Shown here: one piece after another, positions 25,360-35,036 of the stretch
Position numbering within the stretch: position 1 is the first letter of the stretch
How the letters are laid out: the number at the start of each line of letters is the position of its first letter
NCBI GenBank assembly: GCA_016293205.1
Contig: JAEDES010000005.1
Span: 1-55,623, forward strand
From: Bacilli bacterium
Lineage (GTDB): Bacteria; Bacillota_I; Bacilli_A; RF39; UBA660
Direction: 5' to 3'
DNA length: 55,623 nt
Notes under the pieces: model-generated
The model's database searches: none
Seen by the model: the letters and a program-made list of their open reading frames with translations, nothing else
What the model was told of the DNA's origin: nothing
Position numbers and translations under genes: made by a program

Positions 25360-26574
25360 ATGGAAAGATTAAAAAAGATATTAAAGATTATTGCAGGAGT
25401 ATGTTTAGTTGTACTTATTATTGAATTTGGTTATGTATTTTATAACTTGATTATAGATGAAGGTAAATCAATTTATTTTGATGGAATAAATTCTTTATAT
25501 GTTAATAAAAAGAATTATATTACTGTTGGTAGTAATAACAACAATGAGAATTATTTGGAAAAAGCAAAGATTACTAAGTATAATCAAAAGAAGGAGAAGT
25601 TATTTGAAAAACTTTATAATAAAGGGTTTAATGGAGCTTTCTTTGATGTGGTAGTTGATGATAAAGATTTAATTGCTGTTGGTAGTTATGAAAAAGATGA
25701 AAGGGAGCATGAAAATAATTTAAGAAGTGCTTTAATAGTTAAATATGATGCTGATGGAAATATTTTATTTGAATCTGATTTTCAAGTACTTGGTCAATCT
25801 AAATTTGTAGATGTTAAAGTAGTAGAAGATGGTTATTTAGTATGTGGACAAAGTATTTATGATAATCTTACTATTGGAGATTCTAAAAAAGGTGGAGCAT
25901 TCCTTATTAAATATGGAAAAGACTTAAAAGTAGACTGGAAGGTTAATTATGGTAGTAGTAAACATGCTATTTATAATGATATTTTAGTAGATGATGATAC
26001 TATTTATGTAGTTGGAAAGAATGATGAGAGAGTTGGTATTGTTTCAATCTATAAAGATGATGGAGATTATGTAAGTACTACTAAATATAAAAATACGGAT
26101 AATTTAGGATTTACTGGTATTAATAAAATTGATAATAGATTATTTGTTGTTGGCGGAAAAGTTAATGGTAATGATACTGGTAACACTGATGCTTTAATTG
26201 TTAAATATAATTTAAGTGGAGAATATCGTGGGGAAGTAGTTTATTCAAATGATGCAAGTGAGAGATTTAATCGAGTAGAGATTGATGAAAATGATAATGT
26301 TATTGTTATTGGTACAACTTCTAGTCCTAGTAAGAAGAATACAGGGGATGGGGTTTCTGTTTATAGTTATGATGGATTAATTGGTAAATATAATAAAGAA
26401 TTAGATGAGGCTACTGTTATTACTTATGGTGATGAAAGAGATGATTATTTTACTGATGTTAAAGTAGTTAATGGCAAGTATTTAGTTATTGGATATTCTT
26501 CTTATGAAGATGGTAGTTATTTAAGCAAATTTATTACTTATAGTGATGCTTTAAAAGTATTAGGAGTTGAGTAG
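25360..26574 (+). CDS. membrane-anchored repeat protein, beta-propeller-like (SBBP-like repeats)
   Basis: An N-terminal TM segment is followed by about 6-7 units of roughly 50 aa. Each has a [IV]KY[DN]..G strand and a hydrophobic-run-G strand (IAVGS, LVCGQS, YVVGKN, FVVGGK, IVIGTTS, LVIGYSS). Confidence 0.65.
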   Translation: MERLKKILKIIAGVCLVVLIIEFGYVFYNLIIDEGKSIYFDGINSLYVNKKNYITVGSNNNNENYLEKAKITKYNQKKEKLFEKLYNKGFNGAFFDVVVDDKDLIAVGSYEKDEREHENNLRSALIVKYDADGNILFESDFQVLGQSKFVDVKVVEDGYLVCGQSIYDNLTIGDSKKGGAFLIKYGKDLKVDWKVNYGSSKHAIYNDILVDDDTIYVVGKNDERVGIVSIYKDDGDYVSTTKYKNTDNLGFTGINKIDNRLFVVGGKVNGNDTGNTDALIVKYNLSGEYRGEVVYSNDASERFNRVEIDENDNVIVIGTTSSPSKKNTGDGVSVYSYDGLIGKYNKELDEATVITYGDERDDYFTDVKVVNGKYLVIGYSSYEDGSYLSKFITYSDALKVLGVE

Positions 26575-27093
26575 ATGAAAATAGTTTTAGTTAGACATGG
26601 TCAAACTGAAGAGAACTTTGAAGGTAATATTTGTGGTCTTAATAATGAGATGATGAACGATACAGGAAGAAGACAATGTCAAAGATTAAAAGAAAAGCTT
26701 AAAGATATAGATTTTAATTTTTGTTATATGTCTCCTTTAATTAGATGTGTTGAATCTGCAATTATATTAGTAGGAGATAGAGTAGAGACTTCTCCTGATA
26801 AAAGATTAATTGATCGTGATATGAAGAATTTAGTTGGCAAATCAAGAGACGATATTAATGAAGAAGACTATTGGAAGTTAGAAGATATGGATGTTGAATC
26901 TGTATCTAGTATGTTTGAAAGATGTAGAAGTTTTTTAGATTATATTAAAGATAAACATAAAGATGAATCTATTATTATTGTTACTCATGGTTCTATTTAT
27001 AGAGTGCTTAGACATATTATTTTAAATCATGATATGAATAATTTATATGATGGTATAATTCCTAATTGTCATTATGAAGAATTTAATTTATAA
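26575..27093 (+). CDS. histidine phosphatase (phosphoglycerate-mutase-like) family protein
   Basis: LVRHGQTEEN (RHG motif) and VTHGS. The ATG abuts the upstream TAG. Confidence 0.8.
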   Translation: MKIVLVRHGQTEENFEGNICGLNNEMMNDTGRRQCQRLKEKLKDIDFNFCYMSPLIRCVESAIILVGDRVETSPDKRLIDRDMKNLVGKSRDDINEEDYWKLEDMDVESVSSMFERCRSFLDYIKDKHKDESIIIVTHGSIYRVLRHIILNHDMNNLYDGIIPNCHYEEFNL

Positions 27094-27095
27094 AC

Positions 27096-27126
27096 AAAAA
27101 AAAGACGATTTCTCGTCTTTTTATTT
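27096..27126. terminator. bidirectional rho-independent terminator (histidine phosphatase / rpsD)
   Basis: AAAGACGA-tttc-TCGTCTTT flanked by an A-run and a T-run. Confidence 0.85.
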
Positions 27127-27129
27127 TTC

Positions 27130-27732
27130 TTACTTGTTGTAGAATTCAACGATTAATGCTTCATTGATATCAGCATTTAATTCATTTCTTTCAGGCATTC
27201 TTACGTAAGTAGCTTCCATTTTGTTTTCATCATAGTTAATGAATTCAACTCTCTTAGTTACTTTTGATAATGCTTCAGCAACAACTTTTAAGTTTTTGTC
27301 ATCTTCTTTCATAGCGATAACATCTCCAACTTTAACTCTGTATGATGGAATATCAACTTTCTTTCCATTAACAGTTACGTGTCCGTGGTTAACTAATTGT
27401 CTAGCAGCACGTCTAGTTGAAGCGAATCCAATACGGTATACTAAGTTATCTAATCTTGATTCTAATAATCTTAAGAAGTTAGTACCATGAATTCCTTGCA
27501 TTTTTTCTGCTTCTAAGAATGTTTTATGGAATTGTCTTTCATTAACTCCATACATGAAGCGTAATTTTTGTTTTTCTTTTAATTGAGTTCCGTAATCAGA
27601 TGACTTTCCTTTACGTTCAGCTCCGTGTTGACCAGGTCCGTATGGACGACGAGCTAATTCTTTACCAGTTTCTGAAATTGAGAAACCAACACGTCTAGCT
27701 TGTTTATAACTTGGTCCAGTATATCTTGCCAT
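27130..27732 (-). CDS. rpsD: 30S ribosomal protein S4
   Basis: [14 protein letters not shown]... is the canonical S4 N-terminus. The ATG at 27732 lies after AGAGGAG; the track's 12-codon extension is unsupported. Confidence 0.97.
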   Translation of the reverse strand: MARYTGPSYKQARRVGFSISETGKELARRPYGPGQHGAERKGKSSDYGTQLKEKQKLRFMYGVNERQFHKTFLEAEKMQGIHGTNFLRLLESRLDNLVYRIGFASTRRAARQLVNHGHVTVNGKKVDIPSYRVKVGDVIAMKEDDKNLKVVAEALSKVTKRVEFINYDENKMEATYVRMPERNELNADINEALIVEFYNK

Positions 27733-27887
27733 ATTTTTTCTCCTCTTTCTCAAATATAAATTATACAAATCGTTGAAATTGATTAGGCCGTAAATTAGGG
27801 AGTTCTATTTTCGCTAAACAGCATTGTTACTTGTTTTTTATAGAACACATTAAGTTACTCCAAATCCGCTGTTTCAAGGAATTTGCA
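27733..27887 (-). promoter_or_regulatory. structured rpsD 5' leader (candidate S4 autoregulatory element)
   Basis: A roughly 155-nt UTR lies between a consensus promoter and the SD. It has two interleaved helices: 27868-27874 pairs with 27816-27822 (AAACAGC/GCUGUUU), and 27840-27861 pairs with 27799-27808 (GGA..GUUCUAU/AUAGAACUCC). Confidence 0.5.
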
Positions 27888-27893
27888 GTTATA

Positions 27894-27922
27894 ATTATAT
27901 GTTAAATTTGTTGATATGTCAA
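27894..27922 (-). promoter_or_regulatory. consensus sigma-A promoter of rpsD
   Basis: Minus strand: TTGACA (27922-27917), 17 nt spacer, TATAAT (27899-27894). Confidence 0.85.
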
Positions 27923-28030
27923 GGAATTTCAATGATTAGTAGAATTAAATATGGGATTTTCTTTAAAATTGTAGAAAAAAGTAGGTTGATATGATAAAAT
28001 ACATATATATTGAATAGTAGAGGTGAGGAT

Positions 28031-29746
28031 ATGGAAGGTTTATTTCTTTATACCGGATCAATTATTGTAGTTGTTCTAATTATGATTATTGTTATTATTC
28101 ACTTTGTTAGAAAAATAAAAGTAAAAAAAGTTAGAAATAAAGCAAAAGACTTAGAAATAGATAGAAATGTTGTTGCAAGTACACCAGTACTTTTAGAATT
28201 ATCAAAAGTTGAACCAATTATCAAGAATGATAAGATGGAAGAAAAATATAATAAATGGCATGAAAGATTTATTGATATTAAAGAAAAGAAACTTACACTT
28301 ATTGATGATATGTTAATTGATTTAGATGTATTTATTGATAAGAGAGATTATAAAAATTGTAGAATTAGAATTGCAAAGATAGAACTTGAGATTTATAAAG
28401 CTAGAGAAGCTGCAAGACATTTATTAGAAGAAATTAAAGATATTACTTTAAGTGAAGAAAAATATCGTTCAATAGTTATTAAATTAAAAACTAAATATCG
28501 TGGTTTAAGAAGAGAATATGAAGAACATAAGTCTTTATATGATGATATGCAAGAAGCTATTGAATTACAACTAGATAATATTGAAAGAAGATTTTTAGAT
28601 TTTGAAAAAGTAATGGAAGTTAATGATTATAATGAAGTTGTTCATATTGTAAAAGCATTAGATACAATGATTGAACATATGGAAATTATAGTTAATGAAG
28701 TACCAGATGTGTTATTAATGGCAAGACAAATAATACCAAATCGTATGAAAGAAATAAAAAATATTTATGATGATATGGTTAGTCATGGATATCCATTAGA
28801 ATATTTAAATATTGAGTATAATTTTGAAGAATCTAATAAGAATATAGAATCTATTTTAGAAAAAGTAAAAGTACTTAATCTAGAAGGTTGTATGTTTGAT
28901 TTAAAAGTAATGTTAGAATATTTTGATTCATTATTTATAGATTTTGAAAAAGAAAGATTATCTCGTAAAGTCTATGAAGAGGTTTCAAGAGATTTTGATC
29001 GTAAGATTAATAAGACTAATAAATTAGTTAATGATGTTTATGAACAATTAGATGATATTAAGAGTATGTATGATTTAGAGGAAGAAGATTTATCAATTAT
29101 ACATGAAGTTAATAAAGTATTAGTTGTTATAAATGATGATTATAGAAAACTAGTTGCAAGAGTTAATAATGGTAGTGCACCATATTCAATGCTTAATGAA
29201 GAGTTAGAAGGTTTATCTATTCGCTTAGATGAAATGGAAGATGAATTTGATAAGGCTTTAAAATCACTAGGTAATATGTATGATGATGAAGTTCGTGCAA
29301 GAGAGCAATTGGAAGAGATTCAAACATTCTTAAAACAATGTAAGACTAAGATGAGATGTTATAAGTTACCTGTTATTACAGATGATTACTTTGTTCAATT
29401 AAATGAAGCTAATGAGGCTATTCAAGAAGTAGTAGCTGAACTTGAAAAGAAACCTATTGTTATTAAGACATTAAATACTAGAGTTGATACTGCAAGAGAC
29501 TTAGTATTAAAACTATATAATACTACTAATGATATGATTAAGACTGCAAGACTTGTTGAAAGTTCTATTGTATATGGTAATAGATATAGATCATATTATG
29601 AAGAAGTTGATAGAAGTTTATGTGATGCAGAAATTCAATATTTTAAAGGTAATTATAAGAAAGCATTAGATATTGCAGTTAAATGTATATCTTATGTTGA
29701 TGAAGAATTTAAGAGTAAGCTTACTACAAATAATTATGGTGATTAA
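28031..29746 (+). CDS. ezrA: septation ring formation regulator EzrA
   Basis: An N-terminal TM segment, a long coiled-coil body, and the C-terminal conserved patch YGNRYR (QNR-type motif). The ATG at 28031 lies after GAGGTGAGG. Confidence 0.9.
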   Translation: MEGLFLYTGSIIVVVLIMIIVIIHFVRKIKVKKVRNKAKDLEIDRNVVASTPVLLELSKVEPIIKNDKMEEKYNKWHERFIDIKEKKLTLIDDMLIDLDVFIDKRDYKNCRIRIAKIELEIYKAREAARHLLEEIKDITLSEEKYRSIVIKLKTKYRGLRREYEEHKSLYDDMQEAIELQLDNIERRFLDFEKVMEVNDYNEVVHIVKALDTMIEHMEIIVNEVPDVLLMARQIIPNRMKEIKNIYDDMVSHGYPLEYLNIEYNFEESNKNIESILEKVKVLNLEGCMFDLKVMLEYFDSLFIDFEKERLSRKVYEEVSRDFDRKINKTNKLVNDVYEQLDDIKSMYDLEEEDLSIIHEVNKVLVVINDDYRKLVARVNNGSAPYSMLNEELEGLSIRLDEMEDEFDKALKSLGNMYDDEVRAREQLEEIQTFLKQCKTKMRCYKLPVITDDYFVQLNEANEAIQEVVAELEKKPIVIKTLNTRVDTARDLVLKLYNTTNDMIKTARLVESSIVYGNRYRSYYEEVDRSLCDAEIQYFKGNYKKALDIAVKCISYVDEEFKSKLTTNNYGD

Positions 29747-29768
29747 AAGAGAGGTAAATCTCTTTTTC
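29745..29768 (+). terminator. rho-independent terminator after ezrA
   Basis: AAAAGAGA-ggtaaa-TCTCTTTT followed by Ts. Confidence 0.75.
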
Positions 29769-29827
29769 TTATGTTGATAAAATGTAAAAAAAATGTTATT
29801 CTATATATATGATAGGTTGGTGATACA

Positions 29828-30397
29828 ATGAAGACTAAAGAAGATAGAAGTTCATTATTAATGGCATGTTGTGCATTGTTAGTTTCAGTTATTACTTTAA
29901 CTATTGCATATGCTGTATTAAGTACAACTTTAACTATAAAAGGATCTGCTAAAATTAATTCTGCTACATGGAATATTAATATTACTGCAGGTAAAGATTT
30001 TACGACTTATGGAAAGGCTAAATTTGGATATCCTACAATTAAAAGTACTACTATTAGTGATATGAAAGTTGATATATATCAGCCAGGAGATGGAGTTAAG
30101 TTCCCATTTACTGTTAGAAATGATGGTTCATTAGATGGTAAATTAAAAGAAATTAATAAAGGTACTATTAGTTGTTCTAGTGCAAATATGACTAATGCTC
30201 AAAAAGTATGTGAAAATATTTCTTATACAATTAAATATGAAGACGGAAGTGAAATTCTTGAGGGAGATGTAATCAAGAGTGGAGGAGTTCAATTCTTTGT
30301 ATTAGAAATTATGTATAATAAAAACACTAATTTTATTTCACCTACTGAAGTAAGTATCGATGGAATAGATGTAGTATTATTATATGAACAAAAGTAA
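29828..30397 (+). CDS. secreted or membrane-anchored protein, unknown function
   Basis: N-terminal hydrophobic anchor LMACCALLVSVITLTIAYAVLSTTLTIKGSAKINSATWNINIT followed by a beta-rich domain. No family named. Confidence 0.7.
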   Translation: MKTKEDRSSLLMACCALLVSVITLTIAYAVLSTTLTIKGSAKINSATWNINITAGKDFTTYGKAKFGYPTIKSTTISDMKVDIYQPGDGVKFPFTVRNDGSLDGKLKEINKGTISCSSANMTNAQKVCENISYTIKYEDGSEILEGDVIKSGGVQFFVLEIMYNKNTNFISPTEVSIDGIDVVLLYEQK

Positions 30398-30420
30398 GAT
30401 GACTTAGGTCATCTTTTTTA
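30396..30420 (+). terminator. rho-independent terminator
   Basis: AAGATGAC-ttag-GTCATCTT followed by a T-run. Confidence 0.8.
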
Positions 30421-30469
30421 TTGAGATTTTAATATTATTATGATAAAATATGCGTGGTGGAGGTATACT

Positions 30470-31657
30470 ATGGATAAAGTTATATTAATAAAATATGGTG
30501 AATTAAGTACAAAGAAGGGAAATTTAAATTTCTTTATTAAAACTTTGTTTAATAATTTAAAAAATAAATTAAGAGATTATGATGTATTAATATCTAAAGA
30601 TAGAGCGAGAATGTATATTGAATTTAAAGATAGTGAACTTGAAGATATTAAGAATATTATTGATAAAACTTTTGGTATTCATATGTATCATATTGCAAAT
30701 ATTGTGGATACTGATTTAGAAACTATAAAGAGTAGTGTATTAGAGATTGTTAAAAATGAAAAGTTTTCTACTTTTAAAGTAGAGACTAAGAGAAGTGATA
30801 AGACTTTTGAAGTTCATAGTCAAGATATGAATCATGTACTTGGTGGAGTTATTCTTAGAAATATACCTAATATTAAAGTAGATGTTCGTAATCCTGAATT
30901 ACTTGTTCAAGTTGAAATTAGAGAAAAACATAGTTATATCTATTTAAATAGTTATAAAGGAATTGGTGGATATCCAGTTGGTACTCAACCTAGAGGAATG
31001 TTAATGTTAAGTGGTGGAATTGATTCTCCAGTAGCAGGATATTTAGCAATGAAAAGAGGAGTTAAATTAGATTGTGTATATTTTGAAGCTATTCCACATA
31101 CAAGTTTAGAAGCTAGAAATAAAGTAGTTGATTTATGTAGAAAACTTGCAGAATATACAGATAATATTAATTTACATGTTGTTAATTTTACTCCAATTCA
31201 AGAAGAGATTTATAAGAACTGTAGAGAAGATTACTGTATTACTATTATGCGTAGAATGATGTATCGTATTATGGAAAAACTTTCTAAAAAATATAAAGGA
31301 TATGCAATAGTAAATGGAGAATCTATTGGACAAGTTGCTTCTCAAACATTAACTAGTATGAATGTAATTAATAGTGTTACAAATATGCCGGTTATTAGAC
31401 CAGTTGCTTGTTTAGATAAATTAGAAATTATGGAAATTGCTAGAAAACTTGGTACATATGAAATTAGTATTTTACCTTTTGAAGATTGTTGTACTGTGTT
31501 TGTTCCTAAACATCCAGTTATTAATCCAACTATTGAAACTTCTATTGAAGAAGAGAATAAGTTTGATTATATGAGTATGATTGATGAAGCAGTTAAAACT
31601 ATTAATACTATTAAAGTAAAAGTTGAAAAAAATTCTGAGTATTCTGATTTGCTATAA
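30470..31657 (+). CDS. thiI: tRNA uracil 4-sulfurtransferase ThiI (no rhodanese domain)
   Basis: N-terminal IKYGELSTKKGN, a THUMP region and the PP-loop LSGGIDSPVAGY. The ATG at 30470 lies after GGTGGAGG. Confidence 0.92.
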   Translation: MDKVILIKYGELSTKKGNLNFFIKTLFNNLKNKLRDYDVLISKDRARMYIEFKDSELEDIKNIIDKTFGIHMYHIANIVDTDLETIKSSVLEIVKNEKFSTFKVETKRSDKTFEVHSQDMNHVLGGVILRNIPNIKVDVRNPELLVQVEIREKHSYIYLNSYKGIGGYPVGTQPRGMLMLSGGIDSPVAGYLAMKRGVKLDCVYFEAIPHTSLEARNKVVDLCRKLAEYTDNINLHVVNFTPIQEEIYKNCREDYCITIMRRMMYRIMEKLSKKYKGYAIVNGESIGQVASQTLTSMNVINSVTNMPVIRPVACLDKLEIMEIARKLGTYEISILPFEDCCTVFVPKHPVINPTIETSIEEENKFDYMSMIDEAVKTINTIKVKVEKNSEYSDLL

Positions 31658-31675
31658 ATTGGTAATTAAATTTTA

Positions 31676-31704
31676 GTATTAAATTTTATTTATTTCACAT
31701 TCTA
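31676..31704 (+). promoter_or_regulatory. sigma-G-like forespore promoter upstream of the SASP gene
   Basis: GTATT, 17 nt spacer, CATTCTA, compared with the remembered consensus GhATr-N17/18-CATnnTA. Confidence 0.4.
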
Positions 31705-31727
31705 TTAGTGTACAGGAGGTGAAATAA

Positions 31728-31940
31728 ATGAATAACAAAAAGAATTCTTCAATGAAAATGAGAGTTCCAGGTGCTAAACAAGCTATTGAAAAAATGAAAT
31801 ATGAAATAGCTAATGAATTTGGTGTAAATTTAGGACCAGATGCTACTAGTCGTGCTAATGGTACAGTTGGTGGTGAAATTACAAGACGTTTAGTTCAAAA
31901 CGGAATGAATCAAGTAAGTGGAAGCTATAACAAACAATAA
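31728..31940 (+). CDS. alpha/beta-type small acid-soluble spore protein
   Basis: [33 protein letters not shown] is the alpha/beta SASP signature. Confidence 0.95.
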   Translation: MNNKKNSSMKMRVPGAKQAIEKMKYEIANEFGVNLGPDATSRANGTVGGEITRRLVQNGMNQVSGSYNKQ

Positions 31941-31952
31941 GTTATGAAGCTT

Positions 31953-31985
31953 AAAAGATAGGCCTTATGGTCTATCTTTTGTTTT
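31953..31985 (+). terminator. rho-independent terminator after the SASP gene
   Basis: AAAAGATAGGCC-ttat-GGTCTATCTTTT. Confidence 0.85.
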
Positions 31986-32012
31986 TATGTTATTATTATA
32001 TTAGGTGATAAT

Positions 32013-32798
32013 ATGGAAGATATATTAGTACAAATAGCAACCGTACTTGATAATGATTATAGAGATAAATATGTTGATGAGGCAGTACTTAAATGGATAT
32101 TTGATCAAATAGTAGATTTTTTAAATATTAGAGAATATGTAAGTAATGGATTCGAATTTGGTGGAGAGTCTTCAATATTATTAGCTAGTGGTGGATATGA
32201 TAGTATTAATAAAAAGATTCAATTCTTTGATTTAGCACTTCCTATGGCTAGAAATGAAGTACGTAATCAAATGAAAGTTGAAGGACATAATAGTATAATT
32301 GCTACCAATATATTGATGGTAAACACATTGCTTCATGAACTTGAACATGTTCATCAACGAAAGAAAATTAATGGTGATTCATATGAGGCTTACATGTTAA
32401 AACTATGTGAAGGTAATAAAGAAACTATTAGTACTTATGATTATATTCCGAGTGAAAGATTTGCTGAAAATATTGCCGTATTACAGACACAAGTTATTTT
32501 AAATAATATGAGTATTATAATTCCTGAAATAGATGAGTATATGGAAAAAAGACGCAATCATTGGATTATTAAAGGATATGTAGATGAAGCTAATAATTGT
32601 ATGATTTATCCATTAAAAAGATATGTGGAATCTCATGGACTTGGAGAGTCTAATATGAGTTTAGATGAAGCGATTCTTACATATCCAGAACTTGAAGATA
32701 GATTATTCTATGGATTACCTATTAGTGATGAAGAATATTTATTAGTTAGAGAAAAAGCAGGTATTAGTAATAAATATGGTATTTATTCTTTATGGTAG
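32013..32798 (+). CDS. hypothetical protein with HExxH motif (putative zincin-like metallopeptidase)
   Basis: Contains LLHELEHVHQ. No signal peptide. Family not recognised. Confidence 0.65.
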   Translation: MEDILVQIATVLDNDYRDKYVDEAVLKWIFDQIVDFLNIREYVSNGFEFGGESSILLASGGYDSINKKIQFFDLALPMARNEVRNQMKVEGHNSIIATNILMVNTLLHELEHVHQRKKINGDSYEAYMLKLCEGNKETISTYDYIPSERFAENIAVLQTQVILNNMSIIIPEIDEYMEKRRNHWIIKGYVDEANNCMIYPLKRYVESHGLGESNMSLDEAILTYPELEDRLFYGLPISDEEYLLVREKAGISNKYGIYSLW

Positions 32799-32816
32799 TA
32801 GAAATACTACTTTTTC
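32795..32816 (+). terminator. rho-independent terminator
   Basis: GTAGTA-gaaa-TACTAC followed by TTTTT. Confidence 0.65.
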
Positions 32817-32886
32817 TTTATTTTTATGGAAAAAGTGAATCATTTCGTGTATAATACTAGTAGATTATTTGAAAGAGGTGTATTAC

Positions 32887-34068
32887 ATGAAAATTATGTC
32901 AATCAATGCTGGAAGTAGTTCTTTAAAGTTTAGTTTATTTAACATGGACAATGAAGAAGTTATTGCCAGTGGATTATTCGAAAGAATTGGGATTGATCAA
33001 AGTGCCTATACAATTAAATATAATGGTGAAAAAATAAAACAAGAAGTTGATTTACCTGATCATAGTGTAGCAGTTTCTATTTTATTAGAAAAATTAGTTG
33101 AATTAGGTATTATTAAATCATTAGATGAAATTAATGGTGTTGGACACAGAGTTGTTAGTGGAGGAGATAAATATAGTGAATCTATTTTAGTTACTGATAA
33201 AGTAGTTCAAGATATTATTGAATTAAAAGATTATGCTCCATTACATAATCCTGCACATGTACTTGGAATTAATGCTTTTAGAGAAGCATTACCAGAAGTA
33301 CCAATGTCAGTAGTATTTGATACTGCATTCCATCAAACAATGGATCCAGTAAGTTATTTATATCCAGTACCATATAGTTGGTATGAAAATTATAAAGTAA
33401 GAAAATATGGTGCTCATGGAACTTCTCATAGATACATAGCATTAAGTATTGCTGAAGAATTAAAAAGAGATGATTTAAAAATTATTTCTTGCCACTTAGG
33501 AAATGGTGGTTCAATTACTGCTATTAAAGATGGTAAATGTGTAGATACTTCTATGGGATTTACTCCTTTAGCTGGTATTATGATGGGAACAAGATCTGGA
33601 GATATTGATCCATCTATTATTCCATTTGTTATGGAAAAAGAAGGAAAGAATGCTGGAGAAATTATTGATGATTTAAATAAGAAATCTGGATTCTTAGGAT
33701 TAAGTTGCTTAAGTAGTGATTCTAGAGATATTGAAAATGGAATTGCTGAAGGTAATGAAAAATGTAAATTAGCTCAAGATAAATATATTAGAACTGTAGT
33801 AGATCATATTGCTAAATATTATGTTTTACTTGGTGGTTGTGATGTATTATGCTTTACTGCTGGAATTGGTGAAAATAGTAAAAGTATTAGAGCACAAATA
33901 GTTGAAAAATTAGCATGCTTAGGATTTAAATTAGATGCTGAAGCAAATGATGTAAGAGGGGAATTTAGAAAAATTAGTGCAGAAGATTCATCTTCATTAA
34001 TTTATATTCTTCCTACTGATGAAGAGTTAATGATTGCAAGAGATACTCTTAATTTAATCAATAGATAG
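32887..34068 (+). CDS. ackA: acetate kinase
   Basis: INAGSSSLKF, GHRVVSGG and HLGNGGS motifs. The ATG at 32887 lies after AAGAGGTG. Confidence 0.96.
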   Translation: MKIMSINAGSSSLKFSLFNMDNEEVIASGLFERIGIDQSAYTIKYNGEKIKQEVDLPDHSVAVSILLEKLVELGIIKSLDEINGVGHRVVSGGDKYSESILVTDKVVQDIIELKDYAPLHNPAHVLGINAFREALPEVPMSVVFDTAFHQTMDPVSYLYPVPYSWYENYKVRKYGAHGTSHRYIALSIAEELKRDDLKIISCHLGNGGSITAIKDGKCVDTSMGFTPLAGIMMGTRSGDIDPSIIPFVMEKEGKNAGEIIDDLNKKSGFLGLSCLSSDSRDIENGIAEGNEKCKLAQDKYIRTVVDHIAKYYVLLGGCDVLCFTAGIGENSKSIRAQIVEKLACLGFKLDAEANDVRGEFRKISAEDSSSLIYILPTDEELMIARDTLNLINR

Positions 34069-34079
34069 GAAAATGTGTG

Positions 34080-35036
34080 ATGTTTAAAAAAATATATAAG
34101 AAAATTGAAGAATTTGATACTATTGTTATTGCTAGACATGTTGGAGTTGATCCAGATGCTTTAGCAAGTCAACTTGCGTTACGTGATTCTATTAAATTAA
34201 CTTTTCCAAATAAAAAAGTTATGGCAATAGGAACAGGTAGTGCTAAGTTCTTTCATATAGGTAGATTAGATAGATTAGAAAAAGTTAATAATGCTTTATT
34301 AATAGTTGTTGATACTCCTGATAAAAGAAGAGTTGATTCAGTAGATTTTAGTCAATTTGCTTATACTATTAAAATTGATCATCATCCTTTTGTAGAAGAA
34401 TTTTGTAATATAGAATATATTGAAGATACAGCTAGTTCAGCATGTGAAATTATAATGAATTTAATACTAAATACAGATTTACAATGTGATAGTTCTATTG
34501 CATCAACTCTTTATTTAGGATTAACATCTGATTCAAATAGATTTTTATTTGATAGCTGTACTTCTAATACTTTTGGTCTTGTTTCAATATTTTTGGATAG
34601 ATATAATTTTGAACTAAGCGAAGTTTATAGAAAACTTTATATGAGACCAATGAATGAAGTTAGATTAGAAGGTTATATTGCTTTAAATATGAATGTTACT
34701 AAGAATGGTCTTGGTTATATTCAAATTACTGATGAAGTAATAAAACAATTTGAAGTTGATAGTGCTTCAGCAGGTAACATGGTTAATAATTTTAATTTTA
34801 TAAATGAAATGTTAGTATGGGCTACATTAACTGAAGATATTAAGAATGATCAAATTCGTGTATCTATTAGATCTCGTGGACCTGAAATTAACCAAATAGC
34901 TGAAAAATTTAATGGTGGGGGACATAAATTTGCTTCAGGAGTTAAACTTAAAAATTTTGATGAAGCAATGTTATTAATGAAAGAGTTAGATAATCTTTTA
35001 GAAGAATATAATAAAAATATAAGTGAGGCGAAATAA
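34080..35036 (+). CDS. nrnA: DHH/DHHA1 phosphoesterase, NrnA-like oligoribonuclease/pAp phosphatase
   Basis: Contains DPD, IDHH and GGGH motifs. The start is ambiguous by one codon (GTG 34077 or ATG 34080). Confidence 0.85.
   Translation: MFKKIYKKIEEFDTIVIARHVGVDPDALASQLALRDSIKLTFPNKKVMAIGTGSAKFFHIGRLDRLEKVNNALLIVVDTPDKRRVDSVDFSQFAYTIKIDHHPFVEEFCNIEYIEDTASSACEIIMNLILNTDLQCDSSIASTLYLGLTSDSNRFLFDSCTSNTFGLVSIFLDRYNFELSEVYRKLYMRPMNEVRLEGYIALNMNVTKNGLGYIQITDEVIKQFEVDSASAGNMVNNFNFINEMLVWATLTEDIKNDQIRVSIRSRGPEINQIAEKFNGGGHKFASGVKLKNFDEAMLLMKELDNLLEEYNKNISEAK

Noticed and set aside
27901-27993. 30-codon ORF in the rpsD-ezrA intergenic region.
   Set aside because: It has no SD, and it overlaps the rpsD -35 on the opposite strand.
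32820-32870. Possible CcpA cre site upstream of ackA (gtgaatcatttcgtg).
   Set aside because: There are too many mismatches to TGWAANCGNTNWCA, including the central CG.
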